The notes beneath the pieces were generated by a model, which was given only the letters and a program-made list of their open reading frames with translations, was not told where the DNA came from and did no database searches. This document shows positions 27,716-38,641 of a stretch of DNA of 64,000 bases, one piece after another. The position numbers and the translations under genes were made by a program. Each line of letters starts with the position of its first letter. Within the stretch, counting starts at the first letter, position 1. The DNA is from Cyanophyceae cyanobacterium. Lineage in GTDB: Bacteria > Cyanobacteriota > Cyanobacteriia > Cyanobacteriales > Laspinemataceae. The stretch lies in the NCBI GenBank assembly GCA_038321985.1, contig JBBQFN010000011.1:32001-96000 (forward strand), read 5' to 3'.

Positions 27716-30700
27716 ATGACCCGGCAGAATGCCAAAGCTACCAGTCCCTCTTTATCCTGGACCCAACACCCGATTACCGTTTTGCTAATTGATGATCAAC
27801 CGATTATCGGTGAGGCAGTCAGTCGGATGCTTGCGCCTGAAGAAGATATCATTTTCCACTACTGCCAGGACCCGTTGGACGGCGTTCGACAAGCGACTGA
27901 AATTTCTCCTACGGTGATTCTCCAAGATTTAGTCATGCCCGATGTGGATGGGCTGTTGTTGCTGCGTTTTTTTCGCGCCAATGCCGCCACCCGTGAAATT
28001 CCCATGATTGTACTTTCAGTGAAAGAAGAGGCAAAGCTGAAAGCGGAGGCGTTTGCCGCCGGTGCCAATGATTATCTCGTTAAGCTGCCGGACCCGATCG
28101 AACTGATTGCCCGAATTCGCTACCATTCTCAAGCCTATATTAATCGCCTACAACGGGACGAGACCTATCTAGCACTCCAGGAAAGCGAACAGCGCCTGCG
28201 CGGGGTTCTGGAAAATATGCCGGTGATGTTGACCGCATTTGATGCCGAGGGAAATATAATCGTCTGGAACCGTGAGTGTGAAAGAGTCACCGGATATTCT
28301 GCTGCTGAAATTATTGGCAATCCCCAGGCAAAACACCTGTTCTCAGAACATTCCGCACAGAGTGGGATCTCTAGCGAGTTAAATACCTCTTCTGTTTCGC
28401 CTATTGTAAAGCCTTTGCCGGCGGTGAATACCCTGCGGGATGCCATCATTGAAGAAGTCAATAAAGCGCGTAATAATTCCCGGGCGAGGGAATGGCAAAT
28501 CACTTGCAAAGATGGCATCATCAAAACTGTAGCTTGGTCTAATATTAGCACACGCTTTCCGATCGCCAGTTGGTCAGGATGGGGCATTGGTATCGATATA
28601 ACGGAACGCAAACAAGCAGAAATTGCTCAAGAACAAGAATACCAGCAACTCCGGCAATTTATCAAAAATGCCCCGATCGCCATGGCAATGTTTGATACAA
28701 AAATGCGCTTTTTAGCCTACAGCAACCAATGGCTTACCGATCATAATCTCGTTTCCCAAAGTCTGCTGGGTTGCAGCTACTATGAAATCTTTCCCGATGT
28801 CAAAGAAGACTGGAAAGAAATTCACCAACAAGGATTACAAGGAAAATTTATTTCCCGCACTGAAGATAGATGGGAGCGGGAGGATGGTTCGGTTTTATAC
28901 TTTCGCTGGGCGGTTCAACCTTGGTATGTTAATCCCTTCAATGCGTCGGAAGATGGAGAGGCGATCGGCGGTCTAATTGTGGTGGCCGATCGCGTAGATG
29001 AATTGATCCAAGCCCGGGAAGCCGCCCTAGAAGCCACTCAAGCCAAATCACAATTTCTCGCTAATATGAGCCATGAAATCCGCACCCCTATGCATGGCGT
29101 CCTGGGGATGGCTGGGTTGATGCTCCATACAGAACTCACTCCTAAGCAACGGGAATATGCTGCAACTATTCGGATTTCTGCCAAACATTTACTCGGAATT
29201 ATTAATGATATTCTCGATTTTTCCAAGCTAGAAGCGGGAGAAATGCACCTAGAAAGTTTGAATTTCGATTTACATAAATGTTTGCAGGAAGTGGTAAATT
29301 TATTTCAACCCCAGGCAGAAGACAGAGGGATTTCCATAAAAATTAATTTTGAAGAAAATTTACCCCGATTTGTGCGAGGTGACCCCAGCCGATTGCGCCA
29401 AATTTTACTCAATTTAGTCAGCAATGCGGTTAAATTTACGGAGTCAGGTTTTATTTCTATAGAAGCCAAATTACAAGAAAAAAGTGAACTTCAGACGCGC
29501 ATCTATTTTCAAGTCACCGATACGGGAATTGGAATTCCTCCCGAAGCCCTGGCTACCCTATTTCAATCTTTCTCCCAGGTTGACACCTCCACCAGTCGGC
29601 AGTATGGCGGAACGGGATTAGGACTGGCAATTTGTGAGCAATTAGTCTCGATTATGCAAGGGGAAATTGGCGTGATTAGCGAAGTAGATCAGGGTTCAAC
29701 GTTTTGGTTTACCCTCCAATTTCAGTACACCAATTATCCAGAAAATCTGGGGGAATACTCGGAAAAAAATGAATTAGAATTTCCCCCCAGAATAGGCGAT
29801 CGCCCATTTTTTGCCCCGCAAAAGAGCCTTAAAATTTTGGTAGCTGAAGATCATCTCATTAATCAAACCGTTATCCTCTCTCAGCTTGAAACCTTAGGCT
29901 ACCAGGCTGATTGTGTATCCAATGGTCTAGAAGCCTTAAAATGTCTAGAAGCACAAAATTATGATATCGTTTTGATGGATTGCCAGATGCCATTGATGGA
30001 TGGTTATACGGCCACTCGCGAGTTACGTCAGCGGGAGGGCAATCAAAATCGCACCGTTGTGATTGCCTTGACGGCCCATGCGATGAAAGCCGATCGCGAG
30101 AAATGTTTGGCTTCGGGTATGGATGATTATTTAAGCAAACCTGTAGATGAAGAGGATTTAGCCCGAATTATGCAGTATTGGGCTGAGAAAATCCCCCTGA
30201 GCAATTTGAATAATTCCAGGCGGATTACGGAGGAAATACAGCCTTTAAATTCAGCAACTGCTCCAGGACGTGAGGACCCAGTTTCCCGGGTCTCCCATAA
30301 TGGGGATAATGAGGTTTCGGCTCCCTTAAAGCCCTACTCCTCAACTACAAATGGCAAGGGTTCGGGAATCGGACCGCCGGATTTTCCCTCACCGATCGAT
30401 CATGAACGCTTAGAAAGAATTTCTCGGGGTAAAATCTCTGTTAAGCGGCAACTACTCCAAATGTTTCTGGACACAGCCTCTCAAGATTTACAGCCTTTAG
30501 AACAGGCGATCGCAGCCCAAGACTATTCTCAAATCAAATATTTTGCCCATCGCCTGAAAGGTTCGGCTGCAAATATGGGAGTTCCAATTCTCTCTGAGCG
30601 CGCGCAGGAACTGGAAAAAATGGCCTGCCAAGAAAGTTTAGATGGCTCAACTGAACTCTTAGACTCGTTTCGGGAACTCCTCAATGCGGTGGATGAATTT

Positions 30701-30721
30701 ATTGAAACGGAACTGAATTGA
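27716..30721 (+). CDS. Hybrid histidine kinase REC-PAS-PAS-HisKA-HATPase-REC-HPt
   Basis: [37 protein letters not shown] at 27716 preferred. Confidence 0.95.
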   Translation: MTRQNAKATSPSLSWTQHPITVLLIDDQPIIGEAVSRMLAPEEDIIFHYCQDPLDGVRQATEISPTVILQDLVMPDVDGLLLLRFFRANAATREIPMIVLSVKEEAKLKAEAFAAGANDYLVKLPDPIELIARIRYHSQAYINRLQRDETYLALQESEQRLRGVLENMPVMLTAFDAEGNIIVWNRECERVTGYSAAEIIGNPQAKHLFSEHSAQSGISSELNTSSVSPIVKPLPAVNTLRDAIIEEVNKARNNSRAREWQITCKDGIIKTVAWSNISTRFPIASWSGWGIGIDITERKQAEIAQEQEYQQLRQFIKNAPIAMAMFDTKMRFLAYSNQWLTDHNLVSQSLLGCSYYEIFPDVKEDWKEIHQQGLQGKFISRTEDRWEREDGSVLYFRWAVQPWYVNPFNASEDGEAIGGLIVVADRVDELIQAREAALEATQAKSQFLANMSHEIRTPMHGVLGMAGLMLHTELTPKQREYAATIRISAKHLLGIINDILDFSKLEAGEMHLESLNFDLHKCLQEVVNLFQPQAEDRGISIKINFEENLPRFVRGDPSRLRQILLNLVSNAVKFTESGFISIEAKLQEKSELQTRIYFQVTDTGIGIPPEALATLFQSFSQVDTSTSRQYGGTGLGLAICEQLVSIMQGEIGVISEVDQGSTFWFTLQFQYTNYPENLGEYSEKNELEFPPRIGDRPFFAPQKSLKILVAEDHLINQTVILSQLETLGYQADCVSNGLEALKCLEAQNYDIVLMDCQMPLMDGYTATRELRQREGNQNRTVVIALTAHAMKADREKCLASGMDDYLSKPVDEEDLARIMQYWAEKIPLSNLNNSRRITEEIQPLNSATAPGREDPVSRVSHNGDNEVSAPLKPYSSTTNGKGSGIGPPDFPSPIDHERLERISRGKISVKRQLLQMFLDTASQDLQPLEQAIAAQDYSQIKYFAHRLKGSAANMGVPILSERAQELEKMACQESLDGSTELLDSFRELLNAVDEFIETELN

Positions 30722-30773
30722 AGTTTTCTCTTACCGTTACTGGAAAATATTTTATTTTTCTTTTTTCTGAAAA

Positions 30774-32306
30774 TTAGGCGATCACCCGATGTTCCAAGGC
30801 CCGGATTGGAAAGTCTCGGTTCTCCCCTTCTAGCAGCATCGTGGAAGCGTTTGAGTTCAGCCCACCCCCTTCTAAATTCCCCTCTTCGGAAACGGGGTCT
30901 AGATGTAAAGGTAGCACAATTTTAAACTCAGTTCCCTCCCCAACTATTGAGGTATAGGTAAAGGATCCGTGATGCTTTTCCACAATAATGTGATAGCTAA
31001 TGGACAATCCCAGTCCCGTACCTTTGCCAACGGGTTTCGTGGTGAAAAATGGTTCAAATAGCCGGTCTTGAATCTCCGCTGGTATTCCCTGCCCGTTATC
31101 TGCGATCCGAATCACGAGGGAATCATTCTGGAGTTCGGTATAAATGGTAATGGTGGGGACTCTAGGGATAAGACTCAGGCCTAGCGATCGCCCCGTCTCA
31201 TCCCCCGTTTTGCATTCCGGGGGATTCACCATTTCCAAAGCATCGATTGCATTGCCAATCAGATTAATAAAGACTTGATTGAGTTGTCCAATACAGCAAT
31301 TTATTGCCGGGAGTTCCCCATACACTTTCACTAATTGAACCCGAGAGGCTTTGAGCCGATGTTGTAATATAACTAAACTACTATCAATACCTTGATGAAT
31401 ATCTACAAGTATTCTCCGCCCTTGATCCATTCGAGAGAAGTTCCTCATATCGTTAGAAATTTCTTGGATGCGATCGACCCCAACTTTCAGAGACGACATC
31501 AAATTCGGTAAATCCTCCTGAATAAACTCCCACTCTATTTTTTCCGTAAACTCTTGAACCTCTAGACTCGGGTTAGGATCTAACTTTTGGTAGAGTTGCA
31601 ATAAGGTTAATAAATCCTGAGTATATTGACTGGCATGAACAATATTACCCGAAATAAACTGTAGCGGATTGTTAATTTCATGGGCAATACCTGCCACCAA
31701 TTGCCCTAGGGCGGACATTTTTTCCGCATGAATCAGTTGCGTTTGAGTTTTTTGAAGGTTTTCTATGGTTTGTTGCAGCTCTTTGGTTCGTTCCTCTACT
31801 CGCTGTTCCAAAGATTCATGCATCCGTTGCAGTTCCCTATAGGCTTCCTGCTGTTTTAAAAAATTAATATATCCCTTAGAGTGATAGCGGATCCGGGCAA
31901 TCAATTCGATAGGATCTGGAAATTTGATTAAGTAGTCACTGGCACCGGCAGCAAATGCTTCTCCCTTGAGGCTAACTTGTTCCTCCGTGGAAAGCACTAA
32001 AATGGGGATTTCACGAGTATTTGGATGAGTTCTAAAAAACCGGAGTAACATCAACCCATCAATTTCGGGCATGACTAAATCCAGTAAAATTACCGTAGGT
32101 TCACATTCCAGGGCCATTGGAATTGCCTGCACTGGATTTTGACAGTAAAAAAAATTAATATCTTTCTCCGAACCCAGTTTTCGCTTTAATACCTCTCCCA
32201 CTAAGGGCCGGTCGTCGATCAGCAAAATGGTGATCGGGTAGCTCTTTTCAGAAAAACCTGAATTAATCTCTTGGGGGTACAAATGGCTATCTAGCGGCTC
32301 TTCCAT
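30774..32306 (-). CDS. Hybrid histidine kinase REC-HisKA-HATPase
   Basis: LLDLVMP, AHEINNP, NAIDA, GKGTGLGL. Confidence 0.95.
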   Translation of the reverse strand: MEEPLDSHLYPQEINSGFSEKSYPITILLIDDRPLVGEVLKRKLGSEKDINFFYCQNPVQAIPMALECEPTVILLDLVMPEIDGLMLLRFFRTHPNTREIPILVLSTEEQVSLKGEAFAAGASDYLIKFPDPIELIARIRYHSKGYINFLKQQEAYRELQRMHESLEQRVEERTKELQQTIENLQKTQTQLIHAEKMSALGQLVAGIAHEINNPLQFISGNIVHASQYTQDLLTLLQLYQKLDPNPSLEVQEFTEKIEWEFIQEDLPNLMSSLKVGVDRIQEISNDMRNFSRMDQGRRILVDIHQGIDSSLVILQHRLKASRVQLVKVYGELPAINCCIGQLNQVFINLIGNAIDALEMVNPPECKTGDETGRSLGLSLIPRVPTITIYTELQNDSLVIRIADNGQGIPAEIQDRLFEPFFTTKPVGKGTGLGLSISYHIIVEKHHGSFTYTSIVGEGTEFKIVLPLHLDPVSEEGNLEGGGLNSNASTMLLEGENRDFPIRALEHRVIA

Positions 32307-33205
32307 GGGTGTTTGTCCACAATTTAATTGAAAAAATAAGTCATTCCAATCTTTCTATAAATACCGTGATTATACGGAGTTTGCCGAAGTGATCTGTGCT
32401 TCCTCTCTCCTGTGCATTGGTAAAAGTGAGTAAAATAGGCTATGAGATTGCCTAAGCCCAACTGGATTAAAGGAAAGTCATCGTCAAGATGGACTCTTTA
32501 AATATATCAAAAAAACGGGTCAGTATCTATAAGTTTTATTGTTATGATGGATCACTTCATCATAACAATTTCGACCTATTAATAGAGGTAATAGGAGGGA
32601 GAGTGAGCTTTTTGTTATCACAAAGCACTAATTTTGTCAAGTTTTCCGACAAGAGACCCATCCAGACTGTTTAAAAATTTTCCCACATCTAGTTTGATAG
32701 GGAAATCGGAAAACTATTGATGGGAAACGAATATTGCCCTAGATTCAATGAAGCAAGTTAAATGCATAAAGTGAGGTAGAGCAATACCCAACCGACAAAA
32801 AAGGCAACTATCGAGGTGCTAACGGTATGAACCCGAGTTTTATTTTCTAGGAAAACAAATAGTAAAGATTTTAGACGGTTCAGTTCTGTTTGCTACGACC
32901 CGCTTCTCACTTTACCGAGGCGATCGCATTTATTTCTCCAGCCTCCCTCGAACGGGAAGCATATTTCTTCTTCGAGCATCCTGCCCTGAATTTGAGAAAA
33001 AAGGGTTAATCTGGATATTGATTTAGCAACTGTAGGCGAGAGGGGATATATGGGTTTAGAAGTGCGGGTTTTTACTCCATATAGACTTTAGGTATTTTGG
33101 GGTCAAAACCTACACCTTTAAGTTCATTCGGTCCCTTCGTTGATGTTTTGGGGACGGCACCGGATGGAGTTCCCGCCTCATTGAATCGGGCTATCTGTAA
33201 AAACC

Positions 33206-33778
33206 CTAGAGTTGTGAGTCTTCTCCATTCATCACCCCAGTTAAAAATTCAAGGGCTGTGATGCGCTGGGAGGGCGACTGCGAAGTAGATGGCGGAATGC
33301 TCCAACCCACTGCTGCCTCGGGCGATCGCCATAATGCCAAATGCTCCACAGGCGGATCCGCGTAGAAATTCTGGGTTCCGGACCCCAACAGGGCCGAACT
33401 CCAGTGAGTAAAATAATCATGACTGACGCGGTAGAGGGGAAAGGGGGCAAACAGCGGGACCCCCCAGCCATCAATCGCAACGAAAGCTCTCACCGGATAT
33501 TGAAGCGAATGTAGCACCCAGGCAGCCCCGAGGGCCCCGACAACTCCTGCACTAAAGCTGATCCAGATTAACGGTTCAGCAGTTGCGCGACTGGAGAAGT
33601 CGATCGCCCCGCTTTGGTGCAAAAACTGTAAGGTTTCTAAGGCACAATAGGGGCGATCGCTCGGGGGAACAATCCAAACCTGGGGAGTGCTGCCCGATGA
33701 AAATCGGTTAGGCAGCAAAGTCGAGACCAAACTTTCGGTCAATTGAGGATCATGAATTCCCGGACAAATAATCAACAC
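33206..33778 (-). CDS. Conserved hypothetical protein, alpha/beta-hydrolase-like
   Basis: ICPGIH, SFSAG (nucleophile-elbow-like), IDGWGVP, HLALW. Confidence 0.7.
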   Translation of the reverse strand: MLIICPGIHDPQLTESLVSTLLPNRFSSGSTPQVWIVPPSDRPYCALETLQFLHQSGAIDFSSRATAEPLIWISFSAGVVGALGAAWVLHSLQYPVRAFVAIDGWGVPLFAPFPLYRVSHDYFTHWSSALLGSGTQNFYADPPVEHLALWRSPEAAVGWSIPPSTSQSPSQRITALEFLTGVMNGEDSQL

Positions 33779-34095
33779 TAGACAAATGCCTTAATCCAAC
33801 TACAAATTTTTCTTTGCGCTTTCCTGCCATGATAGTCAAATTCTTTCAAAACAGAAAGAATTTAATCTGGTGGGAATCAAAACCATTGTTAGCCCGCCAA
33901 AGGTCCTGGAAAAAGCCCACGCAAGTGATCCGGTACGGGTAACGGAGGCAGCCGCCTCAAGCCATAGCCAAGGGAGCATTTTTGCCTTCCCGCTGGTTTA
34001 TAATAGTAACGAAGACAATACAGATTATTTGTGGAAGATTTGGCCTCGGGCTTTGCCCCAATTTCAGTTTATGTAAAAACAACAATATTCGTTTC

Positions 34096-34629
34096 TAGCC
34101 GGACATCGATAGGTTACCCGCTCGCGAATTTTAAAGGGTAAAGAATTATTAACCTAATAGTTATATTCCCAAATATGAAAGAATCATTAGAGGGAGAAAG
34201 GCAGAATGCCGGACCCCTTAACTGTACAATTGGGATGATAATGATTGACTTAGACTATTTTAAGCCGTTTAATGATAGTTACGGTCATGAAGCCGGAGAG
34301 TTTGTGTGGATCGAACTCGCGGGATTTCGGGGAAAATTCATTCGTAATTCTAAGATAGGATGTCGGTATGGGGTGAAGAGTTGAGGTTAATTGTTCCGGA
34401 CGCTCCGTTAGAGGTGATTGACTCACAAACACCGAGGTTGCGTAAAGGGATTGAGCCCTTAAATATCTTGTATCGTCAAGAGCCTAGGGGATCGATTACC
34501 CTATCAATGGGGGTTGTTAGTTTTGCGGAACAGAGTCAAACTCCGCTGAGGGTGATTCCATCGGCAGATGTAGCACTCTATCAATCTAAGGCAAAAGGAG
34601 GCGATCTCGTAACCCTTGCGCTACTCTAA
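34096..34629 (+). pseudogene. Decayed GGDEF diguanylate cyclase remnant
   Basis: MIDLDYFKPFNDSYGHEAG in one frame; EELRLIVPDAP...ADVALYQSK in the next. One G is missing at 34370-34373, and the upstream part is decayed with stops. Confidence 0.85.
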
Positions 34630-34752
34630 TGGATGTGATGAATGCTCCCGGAGCGATCGTCTCCCTGCACCGATGTTTCCGGCCCGATACTCAAAAGGGA
34701 CCCCATAAAAGGACATAAACCTTGCTGTTACCCTTGCATAAACAATAGAACG

Positions 34753-35130
34753 ATGCCGTTAATTTTAATTGTAGATGATGCCCAATTTACTCGTCGGGTT
34801 ATCTGTAAATCCTTGCAAAAACAGGGTTATCTTACCCGAGAAGCCTGCAATGGGCGAGAGGCGATTGGCCTGTTAGATGGGGAAGTACCGGATTGTATTT
34901 TATTAGATTTACTTATGCCGGAATTTGACGGATGGGATGTTTTAACTTTTTTAAAAGACAATAACTATACCATTCCGGTGATTGTTATTACAGCAGATAT
35001 TCAAGAGACATCCCGTCAACACTGTTTTGATTTGGGAGCCAAGGCAGTGATTAATAAGCCGCCTAAACCTGACGAATTGAATAATGCCCTGAAAAAAATC
35101 TTGGGTTATACAGAGGAGAATGCCCGATGA
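34753..35130 (+). CDS. Single-domain CheY-like response regulator
   Basis: ILIVDD, LLDLLMP, ITAD, KP; ATG at 34753. Confidence 0.92.
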   Translation: MPLILIVDDAQFTRRVICKSLQKQGYLTREACNGREAIGLLDGEVPDCILLDLLMPEFDGWDVLTFLKDNNYTIPVIVITADIQETSRQHCFDLGAKAVINKPPKPDELNNALKKILGYTEENAR

Positions 35131-35744
35131 ATTTGACAGTTGACCAACTGGATGCCTTGCAGGAATTGGTCAACATTGGTGTTGGCAGAGCAGCAAGTGT
35201 CCTCAATGAAATGATTGAGTGTCACATTTGCTTGCAGGTTCCATTTATCCGCGTATTTTCTCAAAAACAAATGAAGGAGGAACTAGAAACTCGCCTAGGA
35301 GTTTCTCTGGTTTCTGCGGTACGTTTGGGCTTTAGTGGATCATTTAGTGGCCTTGCCCAGCTTGTTTTTCCTACGGATAGCGCCTCGAAATTAGTGGCGT
35401 TGTTGACCAATGAGGAAGTGGGAACGGCTGACCTTGATGCGGTTAAAATTGGGACCCTGACCGAAGTCGGCAATATTGTGATCAATGGGGTGATGGGTTC
35501 AATGAGCAATTTGCTCAAACAGCATCTGAATTATTCCCTCCCCATTTATTTAGAAGATACGGTCGAACACTTGTTGACGTCCAAGCAGCTAGAGTCTAAT
35601 ACTACTATTTTATTGGCTCAGGCTCGGTTTACCATTGAGAAACTCCAAATTGCTGGGGATATTATCTTGATTTTTAAGGTAGGTTCTTTTGACGCCTTAC
35701 TAAGCGCCATAGAGATGATAGATAATGAGGGTGGTGAGGGGTGA
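35127..35744 (+). CDS. cheC: CheC-family phosphatase
   Basis: Two ExxN motifs (DALQELVNIG, TLTEVGNIV); ATGA overlap with the response regulator gene. Confidence 0.88.
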   Translation: MNLTVDQLDALQELVNIGVGRAASVLNEMIECHICLQVPFIRVFSQKQMKEELETRLGVSLVSAVRLGFSGSFSGLAQLVFPTDSASKLVALLTNEEVGTADLDAVKIGTLTEVGNIVINGVMGSMSNLLKQHLNYSLPIYLEDTVEHLLTSKQLESNTTILLAQARFTIEKLQIAGDIILIFKVGSFDALLSAIEMIDNEGGEG

Positions 35745-35754
35745 GGAAAAAAGA

Positions 35755-37233
35755 ATGAATGAGATCCAACAGGTTGAGGAAAAATTTGGAATTCTCGACC
35801 GCATCCCCGTCGGCGCTTGCGTCATGCGGGATGATTTTATTGTTCTATTTTGGAATAGTTGTTTGGAGGATTGGACAAAAATTCCCAAAGGGGAAATTGT
35901 GGGAAAAAACTTGAGCGATCGCTTTCCTCATTTAAAGCAACCGAAGTATCACCACCGCCTTAAACAAGTGTTTGAAGGAGGCCCCCCAACTATTTTTTCC
36001 TCCCAGTTGCACAAACACCTGATTCCAGCACCCCTTGCTGAGGGTGAGTTTCGTATCCAACATACGACGGTAACCGGGGTAGAATCCTTCAATGGGCGGG
36101 GGTTTTATGCACTGCTGGCGATCGAAGATGTGACTGACCTTACCTGCCGCCTTCAAGGTTATCGGTCCATGCGCGATCGCGCTTTAGAAGAAATTGAGGA
36201 ACGCAAACAAGCGCAGGAAGCATTACATCAAAAAACCCTGGAACTTGAAGTTCGGCAGCGGGAATTAATCTTACTGAGTGAAATGAGCGATTTACTCCAA
36301 GCTTGTTTGACTGCCAAAGAAGCCTATAGCGCGATCGCCCAATCTTGTAAATTACTCTTTCCCAACATTCCCGGGGCTGTTTTTATTATTAACTCCCTGA
36401 ATAATTTGCTGGATGTCGTTGCTAGTTGGGGGATTAACTTTAGCACTCAGAAAGTATTTGCTCCCAATGAATGTTGGGCATTGCGACGGGGACGGGTACA
36501 TTTTGTAGGGAATATGCAAACGGGGTTAATTTGCCAGCATCTCTATCCCAATTTCTTACCTTCGGAATATTGCTGTGTCCCCATGATGGCACAGGGAAAA
36601 GCCCTCGGAGTGCTATATTTATCCGCCCCTAATAAAGGGCAATTATCCGATACCACCCAACTCTTAGCGATGACAGTCGCCGAACATATTGCCCTAGCCT
36701 TAGCGAATTTAAAATTGCGGGAAACTCTGCATAACCAAAGTATCCGAGACCCCCTAACTGGCTTATACAATCGCCGCTATTTAGAAGAATCCCTCGATCG
36801 GGAAGTCTATCAAGCTGAACTTAAGGGATGTCCCCTCTCCGTGATCATGATTGATGTTGATCATTTTAAACAATTTAATGATACCTTCGGTCATGAAGCA
36901 GGAAATGAAGTGTTGCGACAATTGGGAGAGTTTTTTCAAAAAAATATCCGCCCCAGCGATATTCCTTGTCGCTATGGAGGGGAAGAGTTTACCTTAATCT
37001 TACCTGATGCACCTCTATCGGTAACTTGCGATCGCGCCCAAAGATTGAGAAAACAAATAAAATTGTTACAGGTCGAATATGGAGGCCAATCTCTGGGGTG
37101 CATCACCCTCTCTTTAGGCGTTGCCAGCTTTCCCCAACATGGAAAAACAGGGTTAGGCGTACTTCAGGCCGCTGACATTGCCCTGTATCAAGCTAAAGCT
37201 GCCGGTCGCGATCGCGTAGTAATGGCATCCTAA
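35755..37233 (+). CDS. PAS-GAF-GGDEF diguanylate cyclase
   Basis: DPLTGLYNRR, DVDHFK, RPSD I-site, RYGGEEF. Confidence 0.95.
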   Translation: MNEIQQVEEKFGILDRIPVGACVMRDDFIVLFWNSCLEDWTKIPKGEIVGKNLSDRFPHLKQPKYHHRLKQVFEGGPPTIFSSQLHKHLIPAPLAEGEFRIQHTTVTGVESFNGRGFYALLAIEDVTDLTCRLQGYRSMRDRALEEIEERKQAQEALHQKTLELEVRQRELILLSEMSDLLQACLTAKEAYSAIAQSCKLLFPNIPGAVFIINSLNNLLDVVASWGINFSTQKVFAPNECWALRRGRVHFVGNMQTGLICQHLYPNFLPSEYCCVPMMAQGKALGVLYLSAPNKGQLSDTTQLLAMTVAEHIALALANLKLRETLHNQSIRDPLTGLYNRRYLEESLDREVYQAELKGCPLSVIMIDVDHFKQFNDTFGHEAGNEVLRQLGEFFQKNIRPSDIPCRYGGEEFTLILPDAPLSVTCDRAQRLRKQIKLLQVEYGGQSLGCITLSLGVASFPQHGKTGLGVLQAADIALYQAKAAGRDRVVMAS

Positions 37234-37301
37234 TCCACTCAGTCCGTTCACCCGTCGCAAGGGTTCAGTTGCGCGGATCAAAAAGCTGGGTAGAATGGAG
37301 G

Positions 37302-37435
37302 TAATACTCCATACGGTAGTTATAGGTCTGTTAAAAGTACCGCAACTTAGTGGACCCCACCCTAACCCTCCCCTTGCCAAGGGGAGGGAACCATCAGATA
37401 AAATTAAAACGACTTTTGATACCCGGATTTGGTAT
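37302..37435 (+). mobile_element. About 135-bp MITE/REP-like element, copy 2
   Basis: TAATACTCCATACGGTAGTTATAGGTC...CCGGATTTGGTAT, matching 22821-22955. Confidence 0.75.
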
Positions 37436-37644
37436 AAAATAGTATTTGAATCCTAGAGGTTTGCCATCCTAAAGAAAGGATCTGACCTTCTTCTTTTATA
37501 CTATAAATCTGCAAAACCGAAAATAGGTAATCCTTTTGGCCTTCTTGTCACCCCCGAGAAGGCCACACCCTGCATGGGTATTCGGTTTTAGCAGGTTCTC
37601 ACATTAACCCTGAATCATTTAACCCCCAAAAATCCTACAGCCGA

Positions 37645-38451
37645 TTACAGCAAAGGATGTTGAGCCGGTATCCCAACCGGACGGGGAAATTCAGGACGAA
37701 TCGGAGCCACCTTTCGCAGATAAACACAAGTGCGAACACTGTCGGTAAGCGGGGTTGTAAATTTTTCAACAAAATCTACAATACCGCCCAGTTGTTCAAC
37801 ACCAACTGAGACGACTTGTGCCTCTTCCTCCGTCCAATGACCGCGATACAGAATCGCCACACCCCCCACTTTCAGTAAAGGAAGGGCATATTCTGCACAA
37901 ACCATTGTTGGACCGATCGCCCGCGCAAAAGCGAAATTGTAACGTTCCCGGTGTTGAGCGGCCCTGCCGATTTCTTCTACTCTTCCCACCAGTACCGCTG
38001 CATTTTCCATCCCCAACTGGTCAATTAAACTCTGGAGAAACGTCATTTTTTTACGAGTGGAGTCAAGGAGCGTCACCTGCCAATCTGGACAGACGATCGC
38101 CACCGGCAACCCTGGAAAACCAGCCCCCGTCCCAATATCGATCGCTCGAATAGGTTCATTTTCCTCGGAGGAAGGAACTCTCCCCAACTCAGGGGAAGAG
38201 ACTTCCGGGAATGGGGAACCCAACGGTTTAGATAATAAGGGAGTAATGCCCCGCACAGAATCCCACAGATGCTTTTCCCAAAACTCATCGGCTGCGGTAA
38301 TTCGAGTTAAATTTAGGGTTTGGTTTCCTTCGAGAATTCCTTCATAAAGGCTTTGAAATTCCCGTAGATGACCGGCATCCGGCTGCCAATTCATGGTTTT
38401 TTCCCATAACTTGACATTTTCGGGCAGGACTGGTTTGTAAGGTTCACTCAT
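37645..38451 (-). CDS. rsmG: 16S rRNA m7G527 methyltransferase
   Basis: NLTRI, KHLWDS, DIGTGAGFPG, FPRPVGIP. Confidence 0.96.
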   Translation of the reverse strand: MSEPYKPVLPENVKLWEKTMNWQPDAGHLREFQSLYEGILEGNQTLNLTRITAADEFWEKHLWDSVRGITPLLSKPLGSPFPEVSSPELGRVPSSEENEPIRAIDIGTGAGFPGLPVAIVCPDWQVTLLDSTRKKMTFLQSLIDQLGMENAAVLVGRVEEIGRAAQHRERYNFAFARAIGPTMVCAEYALPLLKVGGVAILYRGHWTEEEAQVVSVGVEQLGGIVDFVEKFTTPLTDSVRTCVYLRKVAPIRPEFPRPVGIPAQHPLL

Positions 38452-38641
38452 AGTTAATCGTTAAAATACACCCACTATTAGGTGCTGGTAAAGCAATTGT
38501 GCAACATTTAACCGATTCAAAGCTATGCAGCTTGAATGGGTATAGCATCACTGGTGGAGGTGATGACTATTGCTGCTCAGGAGTTAGGGGGTTGGCACTT
38601 TCATTTAGACTCGCCATAGAAGGCTAAAATCGGGCGATCGC

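Noticed and set aside
32761..32840. SAM-I-like fragment GGCAACT...AGGTGCTAA
   Set aside because: P1 and P2 cannot pair, and no sulfur-metabolism gene follows on that strand.
33890..33965. c-di-GMP-I riboswitch-like motif upstream of the GGDEF remnant
   Set aside because: P2 is mismatched, there is no tetraloop receptor, and the consensus is altered. It may be decayed coding DNA.
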